Source: an uncultured virus (IMG/VR IMGVR_UViG_3300005823_000001)
Lineage: Duplodnaviria > Heunggongvirae > Uroviricota > Caudoviricetes
IMG/VR virus record: IMGVR_UViG_3300005823_000001
Reading direction: 5' to 3' (one strand)
Length of the DNA: 64,000 nucleotides
Position numbers and translations under genes: made by a program. Of this stretch, positions 19,851 to 29,407 are shown in pieces (the first letter of the stretch is position 1; each line of letters starts with the position of its first letter). The notes beneath the pieces are model-generated. The model was not told the origin of the DNA. It saw nothing but the letters and a program-made list of their open reading frames with translations, and did no database searches.

Positions 19851-20123
19851 ATGGTGATAACCAAAGAGCAGGCCCTTACTCTACGGCACGGTGATATACT
19901 CCATTACGAGGGATGCACTAGCACCGTAGGCCCTCGTGGTGGAGTACACACACAGATAGAACATTGGCGTGTAAACGGTAGGGTCAAGACCTGGAAGCGC
20001 CAGCCTGAATTGTTCGAGATACCCATCAAGTACGGCCTCAAGAGTTACGGCTACCTGGATGACAAGAACGCTCACCTATTCCACCTTGAGGCCGACTGTC
20101 CTATAGCACTTCAGACCTCCTAG
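19851..20123 (+). CDS. Hypothetical protein
   Basis: GGAGG RBS; WRVNGRVKTWKR.P..F.IPIKYGL. Confidence 0.7.
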   Translation: MVITKEQALTLRHGDILHYEGCTSTVGPRGGVHTQIEHWRVNGRVKTWKRQPELFEIPIKYGLKSYGYLDDKNAHLFHLEADCPIALQTS

Positions 20124-20174
20124 CTGGAGTGATGCGGGCTGAGCCTAGCTTGGCCCGCCTACCCTGGCTAGGAG
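20117..20174 (+). other. Long intergenic RNA stem-loop (processing site or terminator)
   Basis: CTCCTAGCTGG..GCGGGCTGAGC-cta-GCTTGGCCCGC..CTGGCTAGGAG; G-U pairs favour the + strand. Confidence 0.6.
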
Positions 20175-20196
20175 CTAGGAGAAAGGAGCCGGAATA

Positions 20197-20394
20197 ATGG
20201 CTAGGAGTGACCGGCGCAAAAAGGCTGTTACAGCCAAGAGGGAGAGGCGAGCCAATCGCCTAGAGTCGTCAGGCCGTTCCAAGTACGCCCAGCGACAGCG
20301 TGGTTCATACAAGGCAGTCCACCACCTACACACAGTACCGGTAGCTGCCTGTCCGCTCTGCAACCCCTCAGGGAGCGACAGATATGTCTCCTAA
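20197..20394 (+). CDS. Small basic hypothetical protein
   Basis: AGGAG RBS; Arg/Lys-rich; CPLC. Confidence 0.55.
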   Translation: MARSDRRKKAVTAKRERRANRLESSGRSKYAQRQRGSYKAVHHLHTVPVAACPLCNPSGSDRYVS

Positions 20395-20635
20395 GCATCT
20401 TAGCAGGCCCCAACAATGGGCTGCCGCCGTCGCCAAGGCCTCAGAGGGCTTGGAAGACCTTAAGGCCCTACAGGAAGACTATCAGACATGGCTAGACAAC
20501 CTACCTGAGAACCTTCAGCAGAGCGCTACCGGCGAGCTACTTGAGGCCATATGCGAGCTAGAGTTGGAAACGGCCTACGATACCGTACAGGAGGCCGATG
20601 GTATAGACCTACCGCGTGGATTCGGTAGGGACTAG
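20384..20635 (+). CDS. Hypothetical helical protein
   Basis: LQEDYQTWLDNLPENLQ...LPRGFGRD; in operon. Confidence 0.7.
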   Translation: MSPKHLSRPQQWAAAVAKASEGLEDLKALQEDYQTWLDNLPENLQQSATGELLEAICELELETAYDTVQEADGIDLPRGFGRD

Positions 20636-20643
20636 GAGGAGAT

Positions 20644-20841
20644 ATGCCACAGACACCGAAATTCGTAGTAGAGCAAGATCGCGATTACGACCGCGAGACG
20701 CCGGATCGCCCTGTATACACCTACAAAGTCAAGCGAGCCTATAACACCACCATACACCCGCTCGGTGCTGTCCTCAGCAGGAAGCAGATAAGCGAGCTTA
20801 TAGAGCTTGGCTTCAACATCGAGATACAGGAGTGCTCCTGA
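20644..20841 (+). CDS. Hypothetical protein
   Basis: AGGAGGAG RBS. Confidence 0.6.
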   Translation: MPQTPKFVVEQDRDYDRETPDRPVYTYKVKRAYNTTIHPLGAVLSRKQISELIELGFNIEIQECS

Positions 20842-20866
20842 CCGGAGCTAGGTGAGTTAAGTATGC

Positions 20867-20896
20867 TTGACTCACCGGCCCTGAGCAGGACATAAT
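20867..20896 (+). promoter_or_regulatory. Sigma70-type promoter
   Basis: TTGACT-18-CATAAT; the -35 box lies within an inverted repeat at 20851-20876. Confidence 0.65.
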
Positions 20897-20910
20897 AGTA
20901 TAAGAGGTGT

Positions 20911-21117
20911 ATGATAATGGTATTTGAGATACCAGAGCACAGACCTATATTTGATGAGGCCCTAGAAGCCTTTAGCGCTGCTACTACACCAGCCAAGGCT
21001 GATGAGGTACTGCGTCGGTATAAGAATCGCCTTACCAAAGACGAATATAGAGCGCTACTAGAGGCCGGTGAAAGTAAATATATGGCCTGGTCTGCTAGGA
21101 AGGCCGCTAGACGTTAA
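20911..21117 (+). CDS. Hypothetical protein
   Basis: GAGGTG RBS and own promoter; converges on muF. Confidence 0.65.
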   Translation: MIMVFEIPEHRPIFDEALEAFSAATTPAKADEVLRRYKNRLTKDEYRALLEAGESKYMAWSARKAARR

Positions 21118-23045
21118 TACGGCCCCCCAGCAGCCATATCCCTAAGCGCATAATTAGCATCTCGCCAAGCCCCCGATGATAGCACCCCATCTGTATTCCA
21201 ACCGCCTGTTCCTATAATATCCTCTAGTGTCTTCTTTACTTTGGTACTTTTCAATCCCTTAGCTCCCTTATCTCTAAGGTTCTTAGCTATATCCTTACAT
21301 GCTGTATTCCATGCCTTGACGTCTGATGTAGTCTTCTTCCATTCGTTTATTTTTGCTATTTTAGACACCTCATCTACAGCACCGGCGGCCTGGGCCATAT
21401 CTCCTGCAAGACTCACGCTATAGTCATAAGCACCTGCTCCCCTGGCCGGTGTCCATTCCTTACCAGGGAACATAGCCCTAGCTAGGTCATCTGCTATAGA
21501 CCTTGTATAAGCTTCTGTAATGCCTTCCTCAAATACCTTCTGGTACTTACGTGCATAGCTACCTGGATTATGTGTCGGATTAACCATATGTGTCTGCTCA
21601 TGTAGCAGAGTACGAAACGAGTTAGTTACCCAAGATTGGCTACCGGCCCAAGGCCCCTCACCGCTAGCACCCTGAAATAGCAGCCTTAGCTCATTTGATA
21701 CATGGTCAGAATAGCCTATGCTACCATCCCAACGAGCTACCGCATTCCAACCAGGCCTACCAGGGTCATAAGTGAGTCGCCCATTCCAGTGATTCTTATA
21801 CCCCTTATTCTGGTAGTACTGCTGCATCCAGCGTAGCGCTATCTCAGAATTCTGCCTAGTAATCTCGTCACCAATACCAGTTAGAAATTCTGGTGGTGGT
21901 GGATACCCCTCAGGTGACACCGGCCCCATATCTCCACTAAGCGCCTTCTGTAGTAGCGGAGTAGGCGTAGGCACCGGCACCAGTGTACATAGGCAATTAG
22001 GGTGGGCTATAGGTATATCACCAGATTCCCATACACCAGCAGGGTCTACGCCGTATTTGCTAAGCCAAGAAAACTGGCCATCGTAATGCTCAGCGTATTC
22101 ATCACATTCGTCTCTATCTTTACCTAGTCGTGACATCCTAAAGGCATGCTCGCCGCTGAGTACCCACCGGCTACCTACCAATACTCCCTTATTCTTTAGA
22201 TGGGTATCTAAGGTTTTACGTGTATGGTTATAAGCTTGGTTTATCTCAGTCCGGCCCAAGCGAAAAGCGTTATAGGCCAATGAGCGAGGCTGCTGAGATA
22301 CAACAGAGCTAGGCACCGCTCTAGGGAATTCCCTACCAGGAAGCAGATAGGGCTCCATATTACGACCAAACTGCTTAGCGGTTACTCCCTCTCGTAGTGA
22401 GTCTCGCATAGTAGGCCCTATTTGTGTAGCACCCACTTGGCCGCTATCCCAAATACGCCTGCTCAGCATAGGCCCTACTGCACCCGTACCCCTTGCACCA
22501 GCATAGCTACCCGCTACACGTCCAGGCCCGAATACCACATCTACTGTAGGTACTGAAGCCTGTTCATATACCTGAAGGTCTATGCCGCGCATCTTAAGTA
22601 CGGCTACCGTGTCGTCAATAGCCTGCTGTCTGGTATCAAATATAGCCTCTTCTAAGAAGCTAAGGAATTCCCTCTCATACGCCTCAAATACAGGCTCCAA
22701 GGCAAGACGTATCTCCTCGTCGGTAGATTCAGCCGTCAGGCCTTTATATACATCAAGGACATCCCTGTGTACCTGGCGCAGTACGCGAGTTAGGCCTCTA
22801 AGACGCTTTACCTCATCCTGTTGGAAGTGCCTCATAGGAGTAGCTAAGGCCTCTGTATCAGCGACGTGTGCCCGTTTAGGCGGCCTAGCTTCCTTGACCG
22901 GCTCAGGATGGTTACAGTAGTCGCTATGGTCGCCCAGATTCAACTGCCATATACCGAACCAGGTATCGAAAGTCTCCTCTAGCTCGTCTATTTCCTCGTC
23001 AAGGGCTGCCCTCAGCCGCAGCCGGTCAACGTCTGCCATCACCAT
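21114..23045 (-). CDS. MuF-like head morphogenesis protein with C-terminal zincin metallopeptidase domain
   Basis: RLGRTEINQAY, WVLS..H, CDEYA, HPNCLC (MuF); then LLHEQTH...EEGITE. Confidence 0.85.
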   Translation of the reverse strand: MVMADVDRLRLRAALDEEIDELEETFDTWFGIWQLNLGDHSDYCNHPEPVKEARPPKRAHVADTEALATPMRHFQQDEVKRLRGLTRVLRQVHRDVLDVYKGLTAESTDEEIRLALEPVFEAYEREFLSFLEEAIFDTRQQAIDDTVAVLKMRGIDLQVYEQASVPTVDVVFGPGRVAGSYAGARGTGAVGPMLSRRIWDSGQVGATQIGPTMRDSLREGVTAKQFGRNMEPYLLPGREFPRAVPSSVVSQQPRSLAYNAFRLGRTEINQAYNHTRKTLDTHLKNKGVLVGSRWVLSGEHAFRMSRLGKDRDECDEYAEHYDGQFSWLSKYGVDPAGVWESGDIPIAHPNCLCTLVPVPTPTPLLQKALSGDMGPVSPEGYPPPPEFLTGIGDEITRQNSEIALRWMQQYYQNKGYKNHWNGRLTYDPGRPGWNAVARWDGSIGYSDHVSNELRLLFQGASGEGPWAGSQSWVTNSFRTLLHEQTHMVNPTHNPGSYARKYQKVFEEGITEAYTRSIADDLARAMFPGKEWTPARGAGAYDYSVSLAGDMAQAAGAVDEVSKIAKINEWKKTTSDVKAWNTACKDIAKNLRDKGAKGLKSTKVKKTLEDIIGTGGWNTDGVLSSGAWRDANYALRDMAAGGPY

Positions 23046-23121
23046 ATAAGACTCCCTCTATCTGTAAGTGAGAAAACGGACGAAAATAGGCGAAAATAGA
23101 AGAATATAGGAGCTTTTCCAC

Positions 23122-23150
23122 TTGACTTTGCCGGTGAAGTGTGCGATAAT
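23122..23150 (+). promoter_or_regulatory. Sigma70-type promoter
   Basis: TTGACT-17-GATAAT; CCACTTGACTTTnCCGGTGAAGT is shared with the 57048 promoter. Confidence 0.75.
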
Positions 23151-23173
23151 AATTGGTGTATAGGAGGTGTATA

Positions 23174-23356
23174 GTGCCTACTGCCGCCAAGTTTGTTGAG
23201 GCCAAGGCTCAAATGGGCCACTGTGCCGGATGCCACCAAAACCGGCTTGTACAGCGATACAAGGGTATCAATATCTGTAACCGGTGCTGGTGGTGGCGTA
23301 AGCGAATATGGACTGACCATCACCTAGTACAAGTACGCAAAAGAGCTATCTCCTAG
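23174..23356 (+). CDS. Small Zn-finger protein (GTG start)
   Basis: AGGAGG RBS at 23162; CAGC...ICNRC. Confidence 0.6.
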   Translation: MPTAAKFVEAKAQMGHCAGCHQNRLVQRYKGINICNRCWWWRKRIWTDHHLVQVRKRAIS

Positions 23357-23513
23357 GCCGCTTATTGCGCCTACGACGCCACCAGCCCCACCTGGATAAG
23401 CGCTCTCTTATCGCTATAATGATGGCAAAGGCTGTCGCCGTCGGAATGCCAGCCGCTATAAGCCAAGTCCACCAATGCAACTCAGACGGTGAGAGTATAG
23501 GCGTTAGAAACAT
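23346..23513 (-). CDS. Small membrane protein (not in the ORF track)
   Basis: MFLTPILSPSELHWWTWLIAAGIPTATAFAIIIAIKRR...; start overlaps the upstream stop; GGAGG RBS. Confidence 0.55.
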   Translation of the reverse strand: MFLTPILSPSELHWWTWLIAAGIPTATAFAIIIAIRERLSRWGWWRRRRNKRPRR

Positions 23514-23752
23514 CACCGGCCTCCACCTAACATATCACTTTGTGTAGTTTCCGTTACTAAGTCACGTGCTCGCATATGTGACTTCAATACAGCAGCAATC
23601 TCAGGCCCCAGGCACTCCTCACAGGTATGAATTCGCCCCTCGTATATTTGGGCCGTAGGTGATTCCTCTCCTACTGTAACGGCGCTAATTGCTGCAAAGA
23701 TACCCTCGCCCTCATCAACCTTATTGCAGGTATCGCACCTCAATACTATCAT
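23513..23752 (-). CDS. Small Zn-binding hypothetical protein
   Basis: CDTC...HTCEEC; coupled to the portal stop. Confidence 0.6.
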   Translation of the reverse strand: MIVLRCDTCNKVDEGEGIFAAISAVTVGEESPTAQIYEGRIHTCEECLGPEIAAVLKSHMRARDLVTETTQSDMLGGGR

Positions 23753-25416
23753 ACTACCTCCCGCTTGGCCCCGTTGCCGCCTATTACATTCCCTAGGTCA
23801 CGCATAGCATTTACGGCCCTGCTTACCTGAGCCTGAGCATTGATAAGAGCCGGTGCCGCCGGTATCTCTTCGCCCTCTGGATACCACCTAGTTATCATCT
23901 CGTCTATATTATTGGCTCCTATCGCTGTTAGCGCAAGAGCAGCCAAATCCTTAGTAGCCTCGCCGGTAGTGCCGAATTTATCCATCACCATACTAACGGC
24001 CTCTACCATAGCCTTCATATCTTCCTGTACAAGAGGTGGGAAGTCTACATCTATAAACGGATTGACCTCGCCATAGGAGTAGGTGCGGTCTATAATCCGG
24101 CCATCGTCTCCTACGGTGTCCTGGTACTTGCCCCCCTTAAGCGCACCGGCCTCAATAGCCTTCCATAGGCTGTAGGTATGGAAGAAGGATAATGTGCTAT
24201 TCCATAGCTGCTGCCACTCTAGGAAGCCTCTGAATACAGGGAAGTTCATCGCCCTCGCCGTAGCTAGGTTAGCATCGCCACCCTCGCCAAACCAGTGTAT
24301 AGGAAGACTTACACCGGCCCCTAGCGCCATGAGTATCATGCGGGCATCCTCTACGGCTTGAGTAGCGCCGGTGTCGCCCCTAGTCCACTGGTAGCTTACG
24401 TTCTCAGGTGTACTAAGAATGGAACCGCTCACCGGCGGTATACGTACACTTGTCTCGCCTATGTTAACCGTCTTGCTGGCTATACCCTTGCTGATAGCAG
24501 CAGTCATATCCTGTGACGTACCCTTGACCTTGCGCTGCCAAGCTATAGCGGCTGCTGCCCTATTGATGGTTACACGGTCTTCCATAAACTGTAAGAATTG
24601 CCGTATCCAATCACGGATAGTCCATAGCTCGCTCAGACCGAAATGGCCTACCTTGTTAATAGCGACGTGGTATATCCGCATGGAGTCGTCTAGCATAGCG
24701 CGAGTAGTCGCATTTTGGTTAAACCATTTCTTATCTACTTTATCCTGTTCCACATTAAGGTTCAGCCAACTAGGAATATATGTAACTGCTCCCTTCTTGG
24801 CGTCCGGCTCCCAGGTGCCAGCAGATAGGTTATACTTACGAGGCTGCCGTTGTCGCCTGTAATATAGCGGCTTACGCTGGTCTTCCGGATCGGTAATTAC
24901 ATCCACTATCTCCTCAGGTGGTATAGAGCGTACCTTGATGTGGCCATCCTTACCGGCGAACATACCAAAGAATAGCTCGCCGTCCGTCCATAGCTCATCG
25001 CAGCGAGCTACCATAGCCTGATGCGTGGTAAGCTCTAGCTGGTTATCTATGTCTTTCCAGAAGGCCTCTATAATCGGCTGCACCCGCTCCTGGTCGGCGG
25101 CCCTCCAAGTAACACCGGCCCCAAATGTATACCGGCATACAAGCTTGGCTGCATGCTTAGCTAGCGGATTTGTATGGCGCAATCGCCGTAGCCGGTTAAG
25201 CATAGGTAGCTTATTACCAGGAGGCATACCGATTATCTGATGGCCACCAGAGGCCCCACTTATAAATCGGTCGGTGGCATCCTCTAGCAACCGACTAACG
25301 CTTATAAGCTGCTCCATAGCATCCGATAGACGGCCTTCCTTGTGGGCTTGTAGCATCTTGCCGACAGTGGCCGCCGGTACAGACACACCACTATCTAGCT
25401 CTATAAATTCAGACAT
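23749..25416 (-). CDS. Portal protein
   Basis: NPLAKHA...YTFGAG, DGELF, IPPEEIVDVITDPED, FGLSEL, NLATA, IDVDFPPL; synteny. Confidence 0.9.
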   Translation of the reverse strand: MSEFIELDSGVSVPAATVGKMLQAHKEGRLSDAMEQLISVSRLLEDATDRFISGASGGHQIIGMPPGNKLPMLNRLRRLRHTNPLAKHAAKLVCRYTFGAGVTWRAADQERVQPIIEAFWKDIDNQLELTTHQAMVARCDELWTDGELFFGMFAGKDGHIKVRSIPPEEIVDVITDPEDQRKPLYYRRQRQPRKYNLSAGTWEPDAKKGAVTYIPSWLNLNVEQDKVDKKWFNQNATTRAMLDDSMRIYHVAINKVGHFGLSELWTIRDWIRQFLQFMEDRVTINRAAAAIAWQRKVKGTSQDMTAAISKGIASKTVNIGETSVRIPPVSGSILSTPENVSYQWTRGDTGATQAVEDARMILMALGAGVSLPIHWFGEGGDANLATARAMNFPVFRGFLEWQQLWNSTLSFFHTYSLWKAIEAGALKGGKYQDTVGDDGRIIDRTYSYGEVNPFIDVDFPPLVQEDMKAMVEAVSMVMDKFGTTGEATKDLAALALTAIGANNIDEMITRWYPEGEEIPAAPALINAQAQVSRAVNAMRDLGNVIGGNGAKREVV

Positions 25417-25943
25417 GGCCTCTTCCTCCTATTCACCTCTATCCATGCAGGTGGAAGATAACATAGCTGCCGTTTACGCATTCTAAATATAGCATGTCGT
25501 ACTGTAGAAGGGCTGCATCTAAACCGCCTAGCTAAGGCTCTCTGGCCAAAACGGTAATATAGCCGCATTACACGGAGCACTACCGGCGCATACAGACGAT
25601 TAAGCTCACGATACTGCCACATACGATAGTCTCGCCACTCTAGCATCTCTATACCATTATTGGTGCGGAATTGCGCCGGATCGAGGCCTGGTATCTCATT
25701 ACGCGCATACAAGGTACGAGTCATGGTTATATAACGCTGTTTGCTTATCTCTCTTAATAGCCCTTGAGTACAAGAGCCCTTGCCATAATATTCCCATATG
25801 CGCAAGGCGGCCTCTTGAAAAGCGTCTTCAGCATCCTCAGGTGTGCTACCTCTCGCTATGAGGAGGCCCATAACCTCACACTTAGTATGGTTGAATTCGT
25901 CTACCGATAATCCTAGGTATTTCATTCGTCTGCTCCTAGCCAA
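25401..25943 (-). CDS. ECF/sigma70-like factor
   Basis: Region-2 motif EDAEDAFQEAALRIW; C-terminal HTH (ALARRFRCSPSTVRHAIFRMR). Confidence 0.7.
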   Translation of the reverse strand: MARSRRMKYLGLSVDEFNHTKCEVMGLLIARGSTPEDAEDAFQEAALRIWEYYGKGSCTQGLLREISKQRYITMTRTLYARNEIPGLDPAQFRTNNGIEMLEWRDYRMWQYRELNRLYAPVVLRVMRLYYRFGQRALARRFRCSPSTVRHAIFRMRKRQLCYLPPAWIEVNRRKRPCLNL

Positions 25944-27466
25944 GACGGAGGAGTATCTGGTAGCTCGTGACCGAATTCACTTAGCGGCCCCTCACCGGCC
26001 TGTAGAGGATTAAGTACGACGGTAGACTGATTAGGCCCTTGCTCTTGCTGCTCCTTAAGCCGCTGTACTAAGCTCTGCATGTAGCGTACAGCACACTCAG
26101 ATAGCCACCAGGCCATTACAACATCGCTGGTAGTGGCTACAGGATAGCCTAGCATCTCCTTGACCCATATACACACTAAACAGCGGCAATCGCTACCGCC
26201 GGTGCAGCCGCCTTTAGGTACAATCCAGGTGCGATTACGTAGCTGTACTAGGAAGCCTGGTAGCCCTAGCTCTAGGTGGTGCTTGTTAGAGCCCGTAGTA
26301 AAGCTCTCAACCGGTATTTCGCTATGCTTATTAGCTAGATGTTGTACTAGCACCTCTTGATAGCTGTTATTCTCCACCATAATCAGGCTATGGTGATGCC
26401 GTTGCCACGCAGAGTGTATCATCTCTACCGTGCTATCAAAAGGCTGCTTATATCGCAGAATCTCTATAGGAATGCGCTTACCCTCAGGAGTAAGTACCGC
26501 CGTAAACATGACTGTAAAGGCCCCTCGTTGCCGGAGCGAGGCCGCCAAGTCTACACCGGCTATACGAGGCCAATCTGTCGGGTAGTCCTGGCCTAGCGAT
26601 ACATCCCAATCGTAGGCACCTTCCACTACCTCCTCAGAGAATACAGCCTCCTCGTCTGTAAGGGCTTTTAGCTGGTATCCTCGCTGGTAGGCCCGTAAAC
26701 CTATCTCCCTCTCCCGCTCTTTGAGCCTAGCTACTGTCCACTTCCTAGGCCACGGCCCCTCATGGCTCTCATTGACAGCATAGCTAGCTAACCTCCAAGC
26801 CCCATCATCTTTTAGCTCGGCGCTCAGGTCATCCTTATGCCAAGGCGTGAATATATAGATGGCCCGTCCGGTAGGCTCTAGCATATTCAGCCATACATTG
26901 CGTACTGACTGTTTTACCTGGTCGCGTAAAGCCGGTTGAGATATAGTATTACGAAATCCACAGATATCATCGAATATAATAAGGTCAGCACGTCCACCTC
27001 CGGCATTAGTAAGCACACCATAAGCTTCTACGCTAGCATCTTTACCTACTCGGCTACGCTTGACAATTATACGGTGCTTGCTCCAATCCTGTTGGCTCGC
27101 CGGTCGTAGACGTGACCATATAGCTCTGACCTTAGCGTTCTCCTTAATATGCTGGCCAATAGCCTTAACACGCGCCTTAGCTAGCTCGTCATTCTCGCAT
27201 ACAATCTTTATACGTAGCTCAGGATTCTTGCCTAGCTCGCTTATCACGCGAGATATAACCATCTGCTCCGTCTTACCGTGATCTCGTGGTGCCTCTATGA
27301 TTAGAAGCTTCACTGTATTGGCCAAGTCATGCCATTCTATATGCATAGGAGCCATAACGATATTGCCGCCTAGCTCTAGGTCGGTCAAGATATGCTCAGC
27401 CGCCGTAGCGTGGTCTATACGCGCCAGCGCTAGCTCATGTTGCTCAGCTATATCTGCTTGTATCAC
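25922..27466 (-). CDS. terL: Terminase large subunit
   Basis: Walker A APRDHGKT, GGRADLIIFDD, TPWHKDD, IAGVDLA, VENNSYQ, SDVVMA. Confidence 0.95.
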   Translation of the reverse strand: MIQADIAEQHELALARIDHATAAEHILTDLELGGNIVMAPMHIEWHDLANTVKLLIIEAPRDHGKTEQMVISRVISELGKNPELRIKIVCENDELAKARVKAIGQHIKENAKVRAIWSRLRPASQQDWSKHRIIVKRSRVGKDASVEAYGVLTNAGGGRADLIIFDDICGFRNTISQPALRDQVKQSVRNVWLNMLEPTGRAIYIFTPWHKDDLSAELKDDGAWRLASYAVNESHEGPWPRKWTVARLKEREREIGLRAYQRGYQLKALTDEEAVFSEEVVEGAYDWDVSLGQDYPTDWPRIAGVDLAASLRQRGAFTVMFTAVLTPEGKRIPIEILRYKQPFDSTVEMIHSAWQRHHHSLIMVENNSYQEVLVQHLANKHSEIPVESFTTGSNKHHLELGLPGFLVQLRNRTWIVPKGGCTGGSDCRCLVCIWVKEMLGYPVATTSDVVMAWWLSECAVRYMQSLVQRLKEQQEQGPNQSTVVLNPLQAGEGPLSEFGHELPDTPPSWLGADE

Positions 27467-27684
27467 TTGCTTAGCTTCCTCTGACAGCTATCTATACTGG
27501 CCTTTAGGGTCGTATCTATCACTTCTGCCACGTCCGGCCCCTCGCTTAGCGCCCATTGAGCAAAATGTATAGCGCCACTTATAGAAGCGCTCAAATAGTT
27601 ATGCTCGCCGCCTACAAGGTCTATCTTTTCACCTACAACCTTCAGCCGGTGCATGGCTTCTCGTATCTCCGCTTCGGTTTTCAC
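27463..27684 (-). CDS. Hypothetical protein
   Basis: 73 aa, coupled between the radical SAM gene and terL. Confidence 0.6.
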   Translation of the reverse strand: MKTEAEIREAMHRLKVVGEKIDLVGGEHNYLSASISGAIHFAQWALSEGPDVAEVIDTTLKASIDSCQRKLSK

Positions 27685-28731
27685 CTATACTAAATCCAGA
27701 CGCATCCCATCACGTATAAATACCTGCTGTATTATCTCGTTGCGCTTGTTCCATACACAACGAGGGCATTTATCTAGCTCCTCTTTACGCATCATCCGGC
27801 CTATAAGGGCCAGATGCTCCTCTGAGTACCAAATATCTTCAAAGGTCGCTCCCTGAGCGTAGCCGCTGCCGTATTTCAGGTCTGTCCGGTCTTGGCAGAG
27901 AGCGAATTCGCCGGTAGCCGTTAAGCAGGTGCCGGTCAAGTTAGCTCTGCACCTATCATAGGTACGTGGTGTCCAGTAGCCCTCAAATTTCTCTGTAATA
28001 GCAAAGACATCTACGTTATCTCCGCACTCTGCCTGAGCCCGCATACTGAGCACCCTGGCCCGCTCCATCACCGCGTGTACTGCCACGTCCTGCTGCTTGT
28101 CATACCAGAACGCAGGCCTGATATGTACAAAGTCTACCCCACATTCAACTGCTAACCGGCAGAAGACTGGTATATCCTCTACGTTCTCAGGACATACCAC
28201 GAAAGATAGACCTATATCCTGACGCTTGACCTTGGCCGCATCCTTGATATTCTCTATTATGCGCTTCCAATCGGTCGTATGGCCGCTATTGATTAGCTGG
28301 TGTGTCTCAGGCATGCCCGCGTTGAGGCTCACCCTCAGGTAGTCCACCGCCTTAGCATACTCCGGTGTAAGAAAAGAGCCGTTAGTAGATAGTGCCACGC
28401 TCATGCCTAACTCGTTAGCTAGCTGGCATGCCTCCAAGGTATGTACATTAAGCAAGGGCTCACCGCCGCCGGAGAAGTGTATCAGCCTAGCATCCGTCCT
28501 GGCCGCGTCATTAACGGCCCGTAGTAGAACATCAGCTGGTAGCTGAGATAGTGTATCCTGTTCGCCGTTCTGCCTAAACATACACCAGCTACAGTGTTGA
28601 TTACAGAAATTAGTAGGGTAGATATGCCAGTCTATAGGGAAGGGCAAATCTCCCCGTACTATGGCCTCTAACCGGTCTGCATAGGCTAGTAGTTTAAGGC
28701 TATTGAACCTATGATACGGGCTATGTGGCAT
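27685..28731 (-). CDS. Radical SAM enzyme with SPASM/twitch domain
   Basis: CNQHCSWC, FSGGGEPL, STNG; C-terminal C...G...LC...CPRC. Confidence 0.92.
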   Translation of the reverse strand: MPHSPYHRFNSLKLLAYADRLEAIVRGDLPFPIDWHIYPTNFCNQHCSWCMFRQNGEQDTLSQLPADVLLRAVNDAARTDARLIHFSGGGEPLLNVHTLEACQLANELGMSVALSTNGSFLTPEYAKAVDYLRVSLNAGMPETHQLINSGHTTDWKRIIENIKDAAKVKRQDIGLSFVVCPENVEDIPVFCRLAVECGVDFVHIRPAFWYDKQQDVAVHAVMERARVLSMRAQAECGDNVDVFAITEKFEGYWTPRTYDRCRANLTGTCLTATGEFALCQDRTDLKYGSGYAQGATFEDIWYSEEHLALIGRMMRKEELDKCPRCVWNKRNEIIQQVFIRDGMRLDLV

Positions 28732-29407
28732 TTAATAGTATTCTCCTACTTGGCCCAAACTTGGCCGCTAGCCTCCTACAGTCTAATAGGTATCCTTCCT
28801 TAAATAGATTCCAGTTAGCGTTGAAACGGGCTCCCCAATCGGCTAGGTGGCGCTTAGTAGCTGTCTCGTGGTGGTAGGCCTTGAGCGGCACGTACACAAC
28901 ATTGTAGATATGCCGCTCTGCCTCTAGGCAAAATGCTACATCCTCCCACTGATACCCTGGCCACTCAGGGAAGCGCATACCAATATCGAATAGCTCGGAT
29001 TTGAAGTAGGATAACGAGGTGGTAATATAGGCTACGTAAGAAGGGCTATCGCTGCCACTGAATATATGGCCCGCTCCACCTTCATCACTTACCCAGCCGC
29101 CGTCATGCTGTAGGCCGCCGCTAGGGTAGTATAACTTGAAGCCGAATATATGCCCGTAGGGTAGGTAGCGCTCAAAGCCTTCAAACGTCTCAGGTAGTAG
29201 CTGTACATCATCATCTATAATAATGGCGTCTCGGCCCTCTACCCGCTGCTCTAGGCACTTATTGATGGCCTGTCCCCATCCTATTCGCTCCCCGCATGTG
29301 ATGAGGTTGTATGGCCAAGGCAAATGATGTAGGGAGTTTGCGGTCAAGTCTCCCATATGGCCCAGCGTCGGCATAATGACGTCTATCACCGGTGCGCCTC
29401 TAGCCAT
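28721..29407 (-). CDS. Glycosyltransferase family 2 (GT-A)
   Basis: IDVIMPT, IIDDD (DxD), KLYYPSGGLQHDGG, WEDVAFC, YHHE. Confidence 0.9.
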   Translation of the reverse strand: MARGAPVIDVIMPTLGHMGDLTANSLHHLPWPYNLITCGERIGWGQAINKCLEQRVEGRDAIIIDDDVQLLPETFEGFERYLPYGHIFGFKLYYPSGGLQHDGGWVSDEGGAGHIFSGSDSPSYVAYITTSLSYFKSELFDIGMRFPEWPGYQWEDVAFCLEAERHIYNVVYVPLKAYHHETATKRHLADWGARFNANWNLFKEGYLLDCRRLAAKFGPSRRILLNAT

